Origin: Haliotis rufescens
Taxonomy: Eukaryota
Direction of reading: 5' to 3'
Length of the DNA stretch: 64,000 nt
NCBI RefSeq assembly: GCF_023055435.1
Contig: NW_025963857.1
Location: 1,178,001 to 1,242,000 of the forward strand
Part shown: positions 39,043 to 52,500 of the stretch, piece after piece
How positions within the stretch are numbered: position 1 is the stretch's first letter
Layout of the letters: every line of letters starts with the position of its first letter
The notes under the pieces: model-generated
Told to the model about the DNA's origin: nothing
The model's input: only the letters and a program-made list of their open reading frames with translations
Database searches by the model: none
Program-made: the position numbers and the translations under genes

Positions 39043-41178
39043 ATGGCAGTGCACCGACAATTGACAGACAACTTCTTGACGTGTAGCATCTGCATGGACG
39101 TCTTTGATGACCCCTGCACACTTGTATGTTATCACACATTTTGTCGGAAGTGTGTCGTCAGCTACACTGAAACTAGACCAGAAGCCATCAGTGTCAAGTC
39201 TCTCCTCTGTCCATTCTGTCGAAAGATGACCAAAGTAGTCAACTCAAACAGGCCAGTTGAAGAGTGGGCACAGGAGGTGAAACCAAGCTTTTTGATTCAG
39301 GGTCTCTTGGATTCTTTCAATCCCAAGACAAAAGGTATTTCCGAATAGGCTACCAGTGTTGAAATCATCCTAACATTGTTACGTTCTTCATATCCCTGGT
39401 TTGTGAATTCCTTGTATGCACATTGAAAGGTTAAAGGTTATTTCGTAACATTATAGTTCTATTGTTGAAAAATAACTGACACATTTGTATGTATACTTGC
39501 AGATACCCCGTGCATCCTATGTAGTGATGAAGGAGTGGCACCTCCAGCCACTGCTTGGTGTGCTGCCTGTGACATCAGTCTTTGTGAGGGATGCCAGAAG
39601 GCTCACAGACGTATTCCTGCCACTCGTCACCATGACGTATCTGACCTGTCCACAGAGGTCAAAATCAACCAAAGACGCAAACCATTCTGTAAGCAACATC
39701 CAGATCAAAGCATGCAGTTCTACTGCAAAGATTGTAAGAAACTGCAATGTCAATCCTGTTGCATCCTGTATCACAGAAAGTGTGAGGCAATTCTACCGTT
39801 TGAATCTGTTATGCCAGAACTGATCAGCTGTGTTACGGGAGTTAAGGAAAGAGTAGCGTCTCATTTACAAGCAACAGACAGTTTGCTAACAGATTTAGAA
39901 ACCAAACGGACTGAGGTAATAAAGAACAGAGTCACCGTTCAGTGTCAGATCCGATCCACAATCCAGACAGTCACAGAAGCCATAAAGAAGAAGGAACGAC
40001 AACTCCTGGACCATCTGGATGACGCCACTGAGAAACAGATCGAGCGACTGAAAACTGAAATGAAGTCTGAGGAGATGGCCAAGCAGATGATAAGTCATCA
40101 CTCTGTGATGATAGACAGAGCTCTGGAGTCTGGAAGTGAAATTGACATCTATGAGATGTACATGTGGTGTGAGTCAGAGGAGTTTCCTGCAGTATACGAC
40201 CCAGATTCAGATATGAAATATGAACTGAGAGAGAAAGTATGTTTTAAGCATGATTGTGAAGAGATCTGTAATAATATACACGAGGTAAGCTTCGGTGAAA
40301 TTGATACCATATATGAAGATGTGTTTGATTCCACATCGACATCAGTTCTGCACGACACAGTGGACATACAAACAGAAGATGAGACAAGTTTACCTCATGT
40401 TTATGATGTGGCAGTGTTCAATGAAGGCGGTACAGACACCATAGTTGTAACTGATAATAACAACAAGTGCGTCAAATCCTTCTACACACGCAATACTCAA
40501 CCCTGTCAGAGTAAGCTCTCTGTTCAAAGCCCCCCTCGGCGGATTGCAAAACTTAATGCCCATCACATGGCTGTGACCCTTCCCGAGACAAGGGAGATAA
40601 TAGTGATTGAAGTGAACCCTGACCTTGTTCTTCAGTCATACATTTCAACGAGGAAGAAGTACTTTGGTCTGACAGCCCTGACTCCGACTACCCTGGCAGC
40701 AGGATCCGGGTCGCCGCCCTGTGTGGACATCCTGGACATGGCGGGGAATGTGTTGAGGACGCTGAATCGTGTCATAGATGGGGAAACCCTTGTATCAGAT
40801 CCTTTATTCCTATCTACCACCAGTCAAGGTTACATCCTGGTGTCATGCAGTCATGCCCCAAGAAGTCATGTGCTATGTATGACACCAAACGGAGAAGTTG
40901 TGTTTAATTATGTACCCACAGGACAACATCGAGCAATGAATCCATGCGGCATCACTGGAACAAACACAGGCGACATGCTTGTTGTTGACGACATGTCAAA
41001 CAAAGTGGTTCATTTGAGTAGTTCAGGCACTTGGTTGAGAGACGTACTGACGTCAAGGGATGGCATCACTTTCCCTTATGGCCTGTACTTTGATAAGCGG
41101 AGGCGTCTGTATGTCACCAACCGCCACTGTGTGATGGTCTACAGGTTCATAACACGCACCAAACCAAGATGTACATGA
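39043..41178 (+). CDS. TRIM-B3: intact RING/B-box/B-box/coiled-coil/NHL-like TRIM E3 ligase, 655 aa
   Basis: Exons 39043-39334 (292 nt, C3HC4 RING) and 39503-41178 join in frame. Both B-boxes have full Cys/His sets, followed by a heptad-rich region and six D/P-x-G-type propeller repeats. Confidence 0.92.
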
Positions 41179-43996
41179 AGGGTGATCTCGGTCACTTTGA
41201 ATAGTGTAGGCGTGTTTACTACTACTTCCGTGGTCCGAGGGCTGTGACTGTGTTCGATCCTGATGATGAGGTGACAGATGATGAAAGATGCACAGAGGAC
41301 GCAAGCGCATTGTTATGAAACAACATCTTTACGAAACATTTACTTTTGGAAGGTAAACTAAATCATTTTGTTTAGCTGTGTCTCACTTTTGTATTGACAT
41401 GTGCATAAAAACTATTGTATTTAAAGTGTTGTATATTTTGGCTTTGACGTGATTCGATTACTATTTTGAGGTGATAAAACAAGGCTGACAGCCTCGGTGT
41501 CAGTAAAATGTGACTGTGTGCAGCCACGTTATACTGCGGCGTGGTATCTCAGTGGGCTAGAACTATAAAGCCGGCATTATGGGACGAGAATGTTATATTG
41601 GTGGGGGATGTGGGAGGATGTGATTTTGTCTGGAGATTGGATATTTACTTCTTTCACTTTACTTACCATATTTTCACTCAGATCAGGTATATCGTGAATA
41701 TTGACATTTAGACAGAGCTTCACTTCCAACACTTGGTCACTTCTTCATAACACCTTAATATGTCAGTCACCTATTGCTACTGTTTACTGATTGTTTGTTG
41801 GTAGGACGGTAGGTTCATTAACGCCGCTCTCAACACTCTTCCAGCTACAAGACGGCGGTCTAAAACTCCAGTGATTAACATCATGACCATCGATTGATTT
41901 GAATGCGATGACATGCATCAACCAAGCCTGACCACCCGATCCCGTGTGTGGCCTCATACGACAAGCATGGGTTTCTGAAGATTCAAACACAGATCTTCCA
42001 GAAGGCGCGGGTGGGGGTGGTCGTAAAGGAGGGGTAGACTAGTAGTTGGAGCTTGGCTTGTCTCGCCAGAGGCATGGGTCCTAGTGCCCGCATGGATACA
42101 ATGTATAAAGCCCATGTCTTACTCTGCCAAACATTCAAACAGTTGATGACGTCACTGTTGTTCCCGACAACGAAACACGGGTGAAAACTGAACCATAACA
42201 CCTCGCATCGAGAGTCAAAACAGAATCTGAGATGAAGCAATAAACACAAATACCCCTGGTAAATCAAATGTGAAATTAAAGATTGGACATTGTCATATGT
42301 AATTGGTGACCTTTTGATTGAAACATAGCTGCCATTAGAGAAACTACAGCCTGCTTCTACGCGGATGTCGCACTTGCATCTATAGGTTTAGAAATCTTAA
42401 TCACAAGTCTATTCTGCGCCAAATAAACGGTTAAAAATAAGATATGGAAACATTTGCCATTTATATTTGTATGATCTAGGCAGGATATTATTTCGAGAAC
42501 AGAGACATATATGCTATATAGGATTCTGTTGGCAATTCACGACACATCCGTAGCCAATCATATACCGTTTTACCGATTGAAACAAACTGAAAATTTCGAG
42601 AAATAACCTTTGGGCAACGAGGAAGTACGTGTTATCTGTCCCCAGTGGTATATAGTGAGTCCGGGGCCTTGGCGAGGTATTAATACTGTCGATGAAACGG
42701 ATGTATTTCTGTAAACTATTTTCTATACTTCTGATAGATAACCACGGCATTCACGACTGTTTCGTGAGATTATAAGTATGTCGGCAGTGTTGTGGTTGGT
42801 GTCGACGAACAGACATATTCGCTCAGATTTTCTAAACTTGACCTTGGATGAATGAACAAAACAGTATCAATATATATGGAAACAATATGCATTTGTAAGT
42901 AACGGGGTCACATGAGATTTTAACCGCCATTTCTCCCTTCACATCACAAAGCGTTAACTGATGTTTGTTAGAAAGACATGCGTCGTATTCCACGAAAAGA
43001 ACCAAGTGCTGAAACGATCTCTTTTCACATCTTTTAACACAAATTCCCGTCGTAGAACGGGTTCCATAGTGGCGTGGTGTGTGTTATGTATTCATTTAAA
43101 CAAGAAAGACAATCTGTACAAAGGTAGTGACAGCACTTTTATTATGACAGAAAAGTAAACACATGGATATGCAAGTAAATGTTTACAAATACACTTAAAC
43201 TGACAGGAAGTGGTTAATGGTTTAATTATCAGAGTTTTATTGTATTTACAAATATATAATTATATACTTCACGAGGCAACAAGGCTTTAGTTTCCAGCAG
43301 TCGCTTACATGCAACAAAAAATGCGCGCCAGTTGTTTATTTGTTGTTCGTCGCAGCACTCGGCAATATTCCAGCTATATGAGGGTGGTATGTAATTAATC
43401 GTCTGCGATGTCTCACAGCTCCACATCAATGTCAGACACAAACATCGCGAAAACCTGGTGTGGGCACAATAAAACTGCGCACCCCCCAACCAATGCCCTA
43501 CATAATAGTTCTTAAACGTTCTTCTTTCTTTTAAGAAGCAGAATCGGTGCACTTAATTCGTAGGGTAAAATTAACGTATCGGTTTGATTAGTCTCAACAA
43601 AATCAGTTAATGCACTAACGTGTCACTGGATATTCTGGTTCATCGATCACCCGATTGTCTGGTTTGTTTACAGGCCGCCGTCTCACGATACGAGTACAGC
43701 TGTGCCGCGTCAGGGACAAATACCTCCTTATTCATTAAAATTGTGTGATTGGCGAGTGCTACCGATAGGGTCGGACATGCTTACCCTTTTCGCGAACACC
43801 TGGAGTCATCACCCAATATCAGTGGTCCATCCATATAAATTTCATAACTATTTTGCACTTTACGTCAAATTTTAATCTGTTTCGGCGGACAGTCTAGACT
43901 GATTGTTCTCTTGTATTGGAGGTTCATATTTACATAAACTATTGTCACTCAGATGGTGACGTGTTGTACCAGGTACAATCGTTATGCATCCACATC

Positions 43997-46850
43997 TTAG
44001 GTGTTTCTTGTAAATCTGTAGATCTTCACACAGTCACCATCGATGACATACAGGTGCTGACTTTCAGACAGGTAGAGATTATGCGGAGATGTAATACCAT
44101 CACGTGACGTCAACACTTTCCTCACAAACGTCCCAGAAGCGCTGAGTTGAATCACACATTTCGCATTGTAAATTATAACCAGGATATGTCCTGCGTTGGT
44201 TTCAGTGATTCCATGAGCGTAATGCCTCTTCTGTTTAGGCTGATACCTGAACACAACATCTCCATGAGAAGTCAGACAGAGGACATTGCGAGCTCCGTAT
44301 ACACAGCAAGACACGAGGATGTTACCCTGCCTGGTGGTACTGAGGTACCAAGGACATGATACAAGTCTCTCTCCATCTGTGACAGGATCCAGGGTCCTCA
44401 ACACATTCCCCGCCATGTCCAGGATGTCCACATAGGGAGGATCCCCGGATCCTGCTGCCAGGGTTGTCGGTGTCAGGGATGTCAGACCCACATACCACTT
44501 CCTTGTCGAGATGGATGATTGAAGAACCAGCTCAGGCTTCACTTCTACTATTATTATTTTCTTAGTGTCAGGGAGAGTCACAGCCATTTTATTGTTGTTT
44601 AATTTTGCAATACATCGAGGACCGCTTTGTACCCCCAGCTTACTCTGACATGACATCTTGTTTCTTTTGTAGAAGGATTTCACACACCTGTTGTCATAAT
44701 CTGTGACAACCATGATGTCTGTGTTGTCGACAACAAACACTGCCACGTCATAACCATTGGGTTTCTTCTTATCATCTTCTGCCTGTATGTCCACTGTGTC
44801 ATACAGAACTGCTGTAGATGTAGAATCAAAAACATCTTCAACAATGATATCAATCACACCCAAGTGTAGATCGTTTAGTTCCTCACACATCAGATGACGA
44901 TCGTGTATGAAACAAGCCTTGCCTCCAGATACATCCTCCATACCTGACTCCGGGACACACACAGTGGCTGCCTCCTCCGACTCACTCCACAGATACATCT
45001 CACAGATGTCCATGTCACTCTCAGACTCCAGAGCTCTGCCCAGCAACTCCGAGTGTTGACGAATCATCTGCCTGGCCATCTCCTCACGATTCATGTCTCC
45101 TTTCAGCTGTCCTATTTGTTTCTCTGTGACGTCATCTATTTGTTCCAGGAGTTGTCTTTCCTTCTTCTTTATCAAGTCAATGGCGGTGTGGGTTGCTGAT
45201 CGGACCTGAGACTGAAGGCTTGACTTGTTCTTATTAATTTCAGTACATTGTGCTCCCTTCTTTGCAAGGCGAGTGTTTGATGTTGCTAAATCAGACTCTA
45301 GTTTCTGTTTTACAGATTGAAGAGTGTTTTGCATTTCAGGCAACACAGACTCAAGCGAGACAATGGACTCACATTTTCTGTGATACAAGATGCAACAAGA
45401 TTGACATTGTAGTTTCTTACAGTCCTTGCAGTAGAACTGCATCCTCTGATCTGGATGTTCTTTACACATAGGTTTGCGTCTTTTCTTCACCTTGACATCC
45501 CTTGACAAGTCAGATACGTCATGGTGACGAGTGGCAGGGATACGTCTATGTGCCTTCAGGCATCCATCACAGAGTGAGACATTGCATTCGACGCACCAAG
45601 CATTGGCTGGAGTTGTCTCCCCGTCCTCATCACATAAGTTGCAGTTATTTGTTCCTGATAAGAAATATACACATGTATTATGCTGACATAGATAATTTTT
45701 AAGGTGGTGTACAGAGAAATATAGGTTATGTTAGGATGCACTTATAAAGTGCTTCACATGAATAGAAAATATGAATATAAGACCACCTATTTGCGTCATC
45801 TTATAAACACAATTATCCTTTCCTTTATCAGTACCCATTTAAGGGGCACCAGTGACGCAGTCCCTCAAATCCCAGAGTCGCCCTCATTATGTTTCATGGT
45901 ATGTCGGTACCATTCGTGTGCTCGTGGGTTTCACCAAAGTGACATTTGACATCGGATCGAGTTTTCCACACACATCAAACTGACACGCGATGCTATAACT
46001 GGAATAATTAAATACGCATTTCACGTTTAGGTTGGTTCATTTTGGAATTCCAACATAGAAAATACAGTACCTGTTAAAAAAATGTACTTATCAACTGGTA
46101 ATAAAAAAAACTACAAGCAGCACTCGTCTTTAAAAGCTTACAAGTCATTCTTGCGATGACATGTTTGAATATCACTAAAAATATAATTCTATTAAACTTG
46201 AAAATTACAAAATTAGGTTAATACAACAATAAATTGAGAAATGTATTTTTGTGTTCGTATGCAATAATAAAGGCGTTAACATTACGTGGCATTGTGACTA
46301 GACAAGGTCAATAACATTACTTCAAAATCATGAGAATCAATAATTTGTCTCAGAAGCAAACGAGAAAATATGTTACAGGATTGACTGCAGGTCTAATAGT
46401 GTGCCACTGAAAGAAATGACAGAGATATTCAAGTAATGTTAGGACAAAAACGTGTCTGTCATAGATGGGTAAATACTGTTGCCTGTGTTAAAGATGAATT
46501 AAAACTATATGGATTGATTGGAAGTCCAACCACCATGGTCTCTGGTGTAAACTTATACCTTGACTGCAGGGAGCGAAGGAATCCATGAGACCCCGAATCA
46601 AGAAGCTGGGTTTCACCTCCTGTGTCCACTCTTCAACTGGCCTGTTTGAGTTGGCTACTTTGGTCATCTTACGACAGAATGGACAGAGGAGAGACTTGGC
46701 ACTGATGGCTTCTGGTCTGGTTTCAGTGTAGCTAACGACACATTTCCGACAAAATGTGTGATAACACACAAGTGTACAGGGGTCATCAAAGACTTCCATG
46801 CAGATGCTGCAAGTCAGGAAATTGTCTGTCAATGTCTTGTGCATCGCCAT
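43997..46850 (-). CDS. TRIM-A4: intact RING/B-box/B-box/coiled-coil/NHL-like TRIM E3 ligase, 649 aa
   Basis: Exons 46850-46559 and 45654-43997 (phase-1 intron, G|gtataag...tatcag|GA) give 1950 nt with no internal stop. Zinc ligands are intact. Confidence 0.92.
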
Positions 46851-48104
46851 CTGTAATAGTAAAACATATTTATGAACAAACAATTTTAGATTTTGACCCT
46901 TTTGTGAAATACATATTTTCAGTTGAGGTGAAGTGAAAGATTTATCATCATAATTTTAAGTAATGACATGTCCAGCTCCAACAAAGCTAATAACTACACT
47001 AACACTGAGACAGACTAATACATCGTCTTTGAAATATTTTATTACACATAACATTTCTCTCTTCTTAAATGAAAACAATTAATTTTCGTGATGCTGATTT
47101 CATAGGGATTGTTAGAGCTGGATAGAACTGTATTTATATAAAACTAGATAGGTTTTATTGTTATAAAATACATATATTCCACAGTCATGGTGCAGGACCA
47201 TATTCAAGACTACTTTAATAGTAGAACATTATCTTCTTAATGTAATTTGACATAAGTTTGCTATCTTTTTCTGGACTCCGTTATAGCTCACGTGATTTAT
47301 TTATTGAAATAGGCATAGTGCATATTTTAAGAGAACTTAGATTTTGTACAAGTTGCAACAAATGATGTCAAAATGTATAATTAGTTCAGAAATAGTATCG
47401 AAATCACTAGTTTTACCACAATGGAAATGTAAACAAATTTTGCAAAATATTGCACAGAATCCATAATAATATATTTGTTCATGAGAACTTGTAACAACCC
47501 GGCCTTTGGTCTCACCCGTATCATGAAAACATACTGATTGATTTGTTGACTGATTGGTTGGTTGGTTGGTTTCAGGACGTTGCAAGTTTACGACAAGTTT
47601 CAGTATTGTGTAACACCCCATGCATGAACCACCGCCAGCTCAATCATGTTGAAACGTCCGTAAAATGCTTGTATATGGACATGAGTCATTCCAGTACATT
47701 TGCATAACGAAAGTAGAATCTTTGATTCTGTTGGCTGACCCAGGGAGGGGTGGGGGGTGTCCAAGGTCCCCCTCCTCTTTCTTTTCAAAACAAATTGTGT
47801 AGGCAGTAAACTTATCTGAACGAGGATTTGGATATGTTTGACCCCTCCCCAGAAATTCTTGATCCGTCTTTCTATTCTAAGAATAGATGGACTCGTGTTG
47901 TGTAAATAACACTGGCATCTGTTACTTTAAATAAAAACAAAGTTTTGACAATGGATCTGGATCGATATTGCTGACATTTTGCTGTTGCAGCGTTCAAAAT
48001 AAACTATAACTCAATCTTATAATACAGCACACGCAGGGACTGTACGACCATGTACAACCAGGAAGTATGAAGCTATTTTCACACCTTCCATATACCTGTG
48101 GCAT

Positions 48105-48276
48105 GTCACACTCATCAAGTACATGTATATACTGGACGTCACACTCATCAAGTATATACTGGACGTCACACTCATCAAGTATATACCGGACGTCACACTC
48201 ATCAAGTATATACTGGACGTCACACTCATCAAGTATATACTGGACGTCACACTCATTAAGTATATACCGGACGTCA
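48105..48276. repeat. 27-bp minisatellite x6 (one copy +6 nt)
   Basis: Same unit as 6154-6535. Confidence 0.9.
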
Positions 48277-49214
48277 AACAAACTTCCATGTTGCCAATGC
48301 TCACATTACCTTTAATTGTCAGTAGTTTTAACCTCTCATTCTTCCAGTCTGCCTGAAGCCATGTCGACTTTGTCCTGGAGTGTCGAGGGGCGGGTCGGTC
48401 AGCTGATATGCGTTGTCTGATGCGCACATACTGGTAACCAGTCTAGTCACTGCAGGTAAAACATTGATCGCGACTGATATGCAGGGACGCGTCCAGTGTA
48501 TACTCCACAACAGTGCTTCGTTTTCCTGATGTTTGTTTTTGTCGTCTATTTATTGTTTATCAGTGTATCTGTAATTTATTGAACTATTTGAAAGAATTGA
48601 CTTATTCGATTCCTATATGATCATCCTACATTTTCTATGCATGATTCACATGAGTCAAAATTAATGTAAAGAATATTTGATTCCATTCAGTTTGGCTTAG
48701 TTCCCCACTGGGAGCTCAGTTGTGTAAGGCGCGTAATAGACTGTGCAGAGTTGCTTCCCTAAGACCATGCCTGATGTCGTTAGTTCGGATCACAGATTCG
48801 CCCTGATTGTTTCTAGGGTTGTCAGCACCATACCTGAGCACGTGGGTTTCACCAAAGTTGCAAACGTCTATTAACTACATCGAGTACGGCCACAAACGGT
48901 CGGTCGACGTGATGTAACTGAAATACTGTTAATTAAGCGATGTGTGCGATGTGTGCGGGTATCCATTACAAACNNNNNNNNNNNNNNNNNNNNNNNNNNN
49001 NNNNNNNNNNNNNNNNNNNNNNNNNNNNNNNNNNNNNNNNNNNNNNNNNNNNNNNNNNNNNNNNNNNNNNNNNNNNNNNNNNNNNNNNNNNNNNNNNNNN
49101 NNNNNNNNNNNNNNNNNNNNNNNNNNNNNNNNNNNNNNNNNNNNNNNNNNNNNNNNNNNNNNNNNNNNNNNACTCACACACACACAATAATACACACACT
49201 CACTCACACTTTCT

Positions 49215-49253
<39 letters not shown>

Positions 49254-49460
49254 ATTGAGAAAACATTCTTTCAACTTTATCTCCTCTGTGTCTGCGGTGA
49301 ATGTAATTACCCTAAACTCATAAAGGCTACCGTGGACTCTAACCGAGACAGTATCCGTGTTTTACCAGCTAGATTAGTAAAGGGAAAGGCCCACTCCCTG
49401 ATTATAGCCTTGTATGGAGGCAATATATTCGACGTGTGTTGATGTCATCTGACACTGTCA

Positions 49461-49466
49461 TTTAAT
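49461..49466 (-). terminator. Putative polyadenylation signal (ATTAAA) of the ShKT gene
   Basis: About 80 nt after the stop codon; conserved in all four copies of the terminal exon. Confidence 0.45.
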
Positions 49467-49543
49467 ATGTGTAATACAGCAACAAAATCTCGCAGTGCAG
49501 ACTCCATGCGTCCCTCCTCTTCTCGGTACAGATTCCAAGACGC

Positions 49544-52500
49544 TCAACACAAGTTGCAGAAGCGGGCACAGTTGGCGGACGCCCAGTCTTTGTACACTGG
49601 CGCACACGAGTGAGGGTAGAAGTCACAGTTGCTCCACTTGTCGACACAGGTCGCCGGCAGCGTGTGACGTACTGTAGCCCCTGGCAGGATGACATTAAAA
49701 CACTGTAGGATTACGAAATACTTTTTGACATTGTAATTGGTAAGGAACTTCATGTTGTGGAACGGACTGGAAAGAGAATACTCCTGGGCCCATTATTTAC
49801 TGGGATATTATGTCCTACACGCTATACAACATACACTGCACGCCACACGTTACGTATTCTACACTAAACACTATATAAACAAGCGGCCAAAAGAATCTTT
49901 GCAAATTTACAAATGAAATTTAAAAAATATAAAAACGCAAGTTCAAACTAAATCAATGCAAACACATCGTCCAAACAATGCTCCATGCAGAATGTGATGG
50001 TCCACAGCATTAACGGGTTGCCTCCGTGGTCTAGTGGTACAGCGTCAGCCAGGAGAGTAAAATGTTCGGGTTTCGATCCCCGGCCGCTTCATACCAAAAG
50101 ATGAAAAATATGGTACTTGTTGTTACTCTGCCTGGCGCTCGGCATTAAGGGGCTAAAACAAGGACTGGTCGGCTCGGAGATTAAAACAATGTACACAACA
50201 CACTGTACACTACACACAAGATACTACACACTACACCCCAAACTATACACATCACACACTACACATCACACACCACACACTACACATCACACACCACACA
50301 CATTTTGCAACTTAGCACTATATCTACACTACACCCCAAACAACATATATCCAAGGTATTTTTAACGACGTTCATCGCCGGTAATTATTATCAGTTAGAA
50401 GTGGCAATCGGTGTACCTCTTCACCTGAACTACGGTAATCCCCTCGTTCTTGGTGCTGACAGTCAGGGATGAGCGAGAGGTACAATGTCAGTACCCGAGG
50501 GCCTTGGATCTATTACCGTAGTTCCTCCAACAAGCACAAAGAGTGATCTTTGTTTAACAGCTTTTATTCCCACTTTGTGTTGCCGGTCAACCCACTCTAG
50601 TTGTCACTTAAATACGAGACTTCGGCCGCAAAGCTTCAGTCTCAAATGCTGGTGCTTAAGTTTAGTTTCTGGTTCGAAAGATCGTGACAACAAGCCGAGA
50701 ACGGAGCACCAGTCCAGATGTCGTCTCCCCAGCCGCTCTCCCGATCTGGAGGCTTTTTGGCCGAGAGCGGAGCACCAGTCCTGATGTAGTCTCCCCAGCC
50801 GCTCTCTAGCCGCTCCCTAGCCGCTCTCTTAGCCGCTCTCTCGATCTGGGGGCTTTTCCCCCTATTTAAACCGGTACCTACGTCACAGTTCCACTCATTT
50901 TTCCATGTATCATTGTCAACCACCTTTCCCCCCTACACTAGATCATTCTAACCCACTCTTGACTAACCTCAGGGTCCTTTTTAGGACTTGTGGTAATGTG
51001 ACCACCTCAACCCCCGGAATCTGGACTATTCCCCCCAAAAAAACATACATGAACCCGAGGGCAATTTCCTCTACCAATCTATTTTGTCTCTGGCAAACTG
51101 CACATTCCCTTGCTATGTTACTTTTATTGTTTTGCTCTAGTACTCCGACCCTCGACCCACTACTGTCACCCCTGGTTATGAGTTGCCCAGTATGTTTCCT
51201 GTGCTCTTCAACTCCTACATCGCCTGCACTCAATATATCTTCCCATGTGTTATACCTATATCTTACTGTTTTAGCCCCTCATATTGCCTACTTATATAAT
51301 TACTGTAGCTGTCTTAATGAGTTGCTAATTACCATTATTTCATGCCTATAATACGACCCCCGTTCTGACGAAGAGTGTGTCCCCACACTCTAAGATGGTG
51401 CCAATTCTTGTTATAATATCTGGTATACATTCCCTCTTATTTCTATGACTTATTGATTTAACTTCCCTATAATTATCTAAATATGTATTACACTTTCATG
51501 CCTATAATACATACACCACACACCACACACATTAAACAATGAACTATATCTTCTACACACTACACACTACACACTACACACTACATACCGACGTCCCGTA
51601 TCCCTCGTGTGAGAGCAAAATGTCAGTATATATGTCGGTATTTGATGTAAGGAGTAGCAGAACTGGACTTTAATGGATGCCTACCAGTAAATGCCCTTGT
51701 TGGTCGTGTTACCGCCACTGTCGTCTCGTCTGGAGTTGGAAACATGTAGACATTTAGAATGATTCTGAGTAGAGAGATTGGGGTATCGGGGGGAGAGGTA
51801 GCGAGAGTGGGATATGGGGCGAGAGAGAGGGACAGACAGACATGCAGACAGACAAACAGAGAGACAGAAAGAGACAGACAGACAAAAAGATAGAAGGAAA
51901 GCCAGTGAAAGAATGGTAGGGAGTTCATGTGGAGAGACAATTATCACATACATAAGACGTTAGCTTTACAACATCAGTTGTAGGTGCGAGCCACCTGACA
52001 CGTGATGTCAGTCTTAGACTCATTCTTATATTCCCTAGATGTGGCTTATTACATAATCTAGGAACTATCTTCATTGACTCCAGACTTTAAGCATTGACTC
52101 CTGAAAATTACATTCATGAAACCGGTTCAGTAAATTATACAGCTCATCTTAGGACATTTGAATTTTATATATACTAACTGAAATCAGACCAGACTGACAT
52201 GATTATCCACACATGAATACACATGTACATGTATACAAGTAGTATCAGAGTATCGTCGTGAGCTGACTTACTACACAGGCGGCAGGTCTTGGCGCAGTAC
52301 AGCAGCGCCCACCTCTGTTGTGTGTCCGACTCGCAGACAGACTTATAGATGCTGCATGTTGATAGTTTGTCCTCACAGACGGGAGGAGGCGGTGTTGTTG
52401 TCGTCGTCGGTGCTGTCGTTGCTTAAATCGTCAAGATGGGGCTTTTCACATTTTAATTATTGAATTAGTGAATATATATGGCTAGTATGAGGCAATGAGG

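Noticed and set aside
39043-46850. Assigning specific symbols such as TRIM2/3, TRIM56 or TRIM71/lin-41
   Set aside because: The architecture is similar, but no filamin domain is evident and the genes look like a lineage-specific expansion. Orthology needs a phylogeny.
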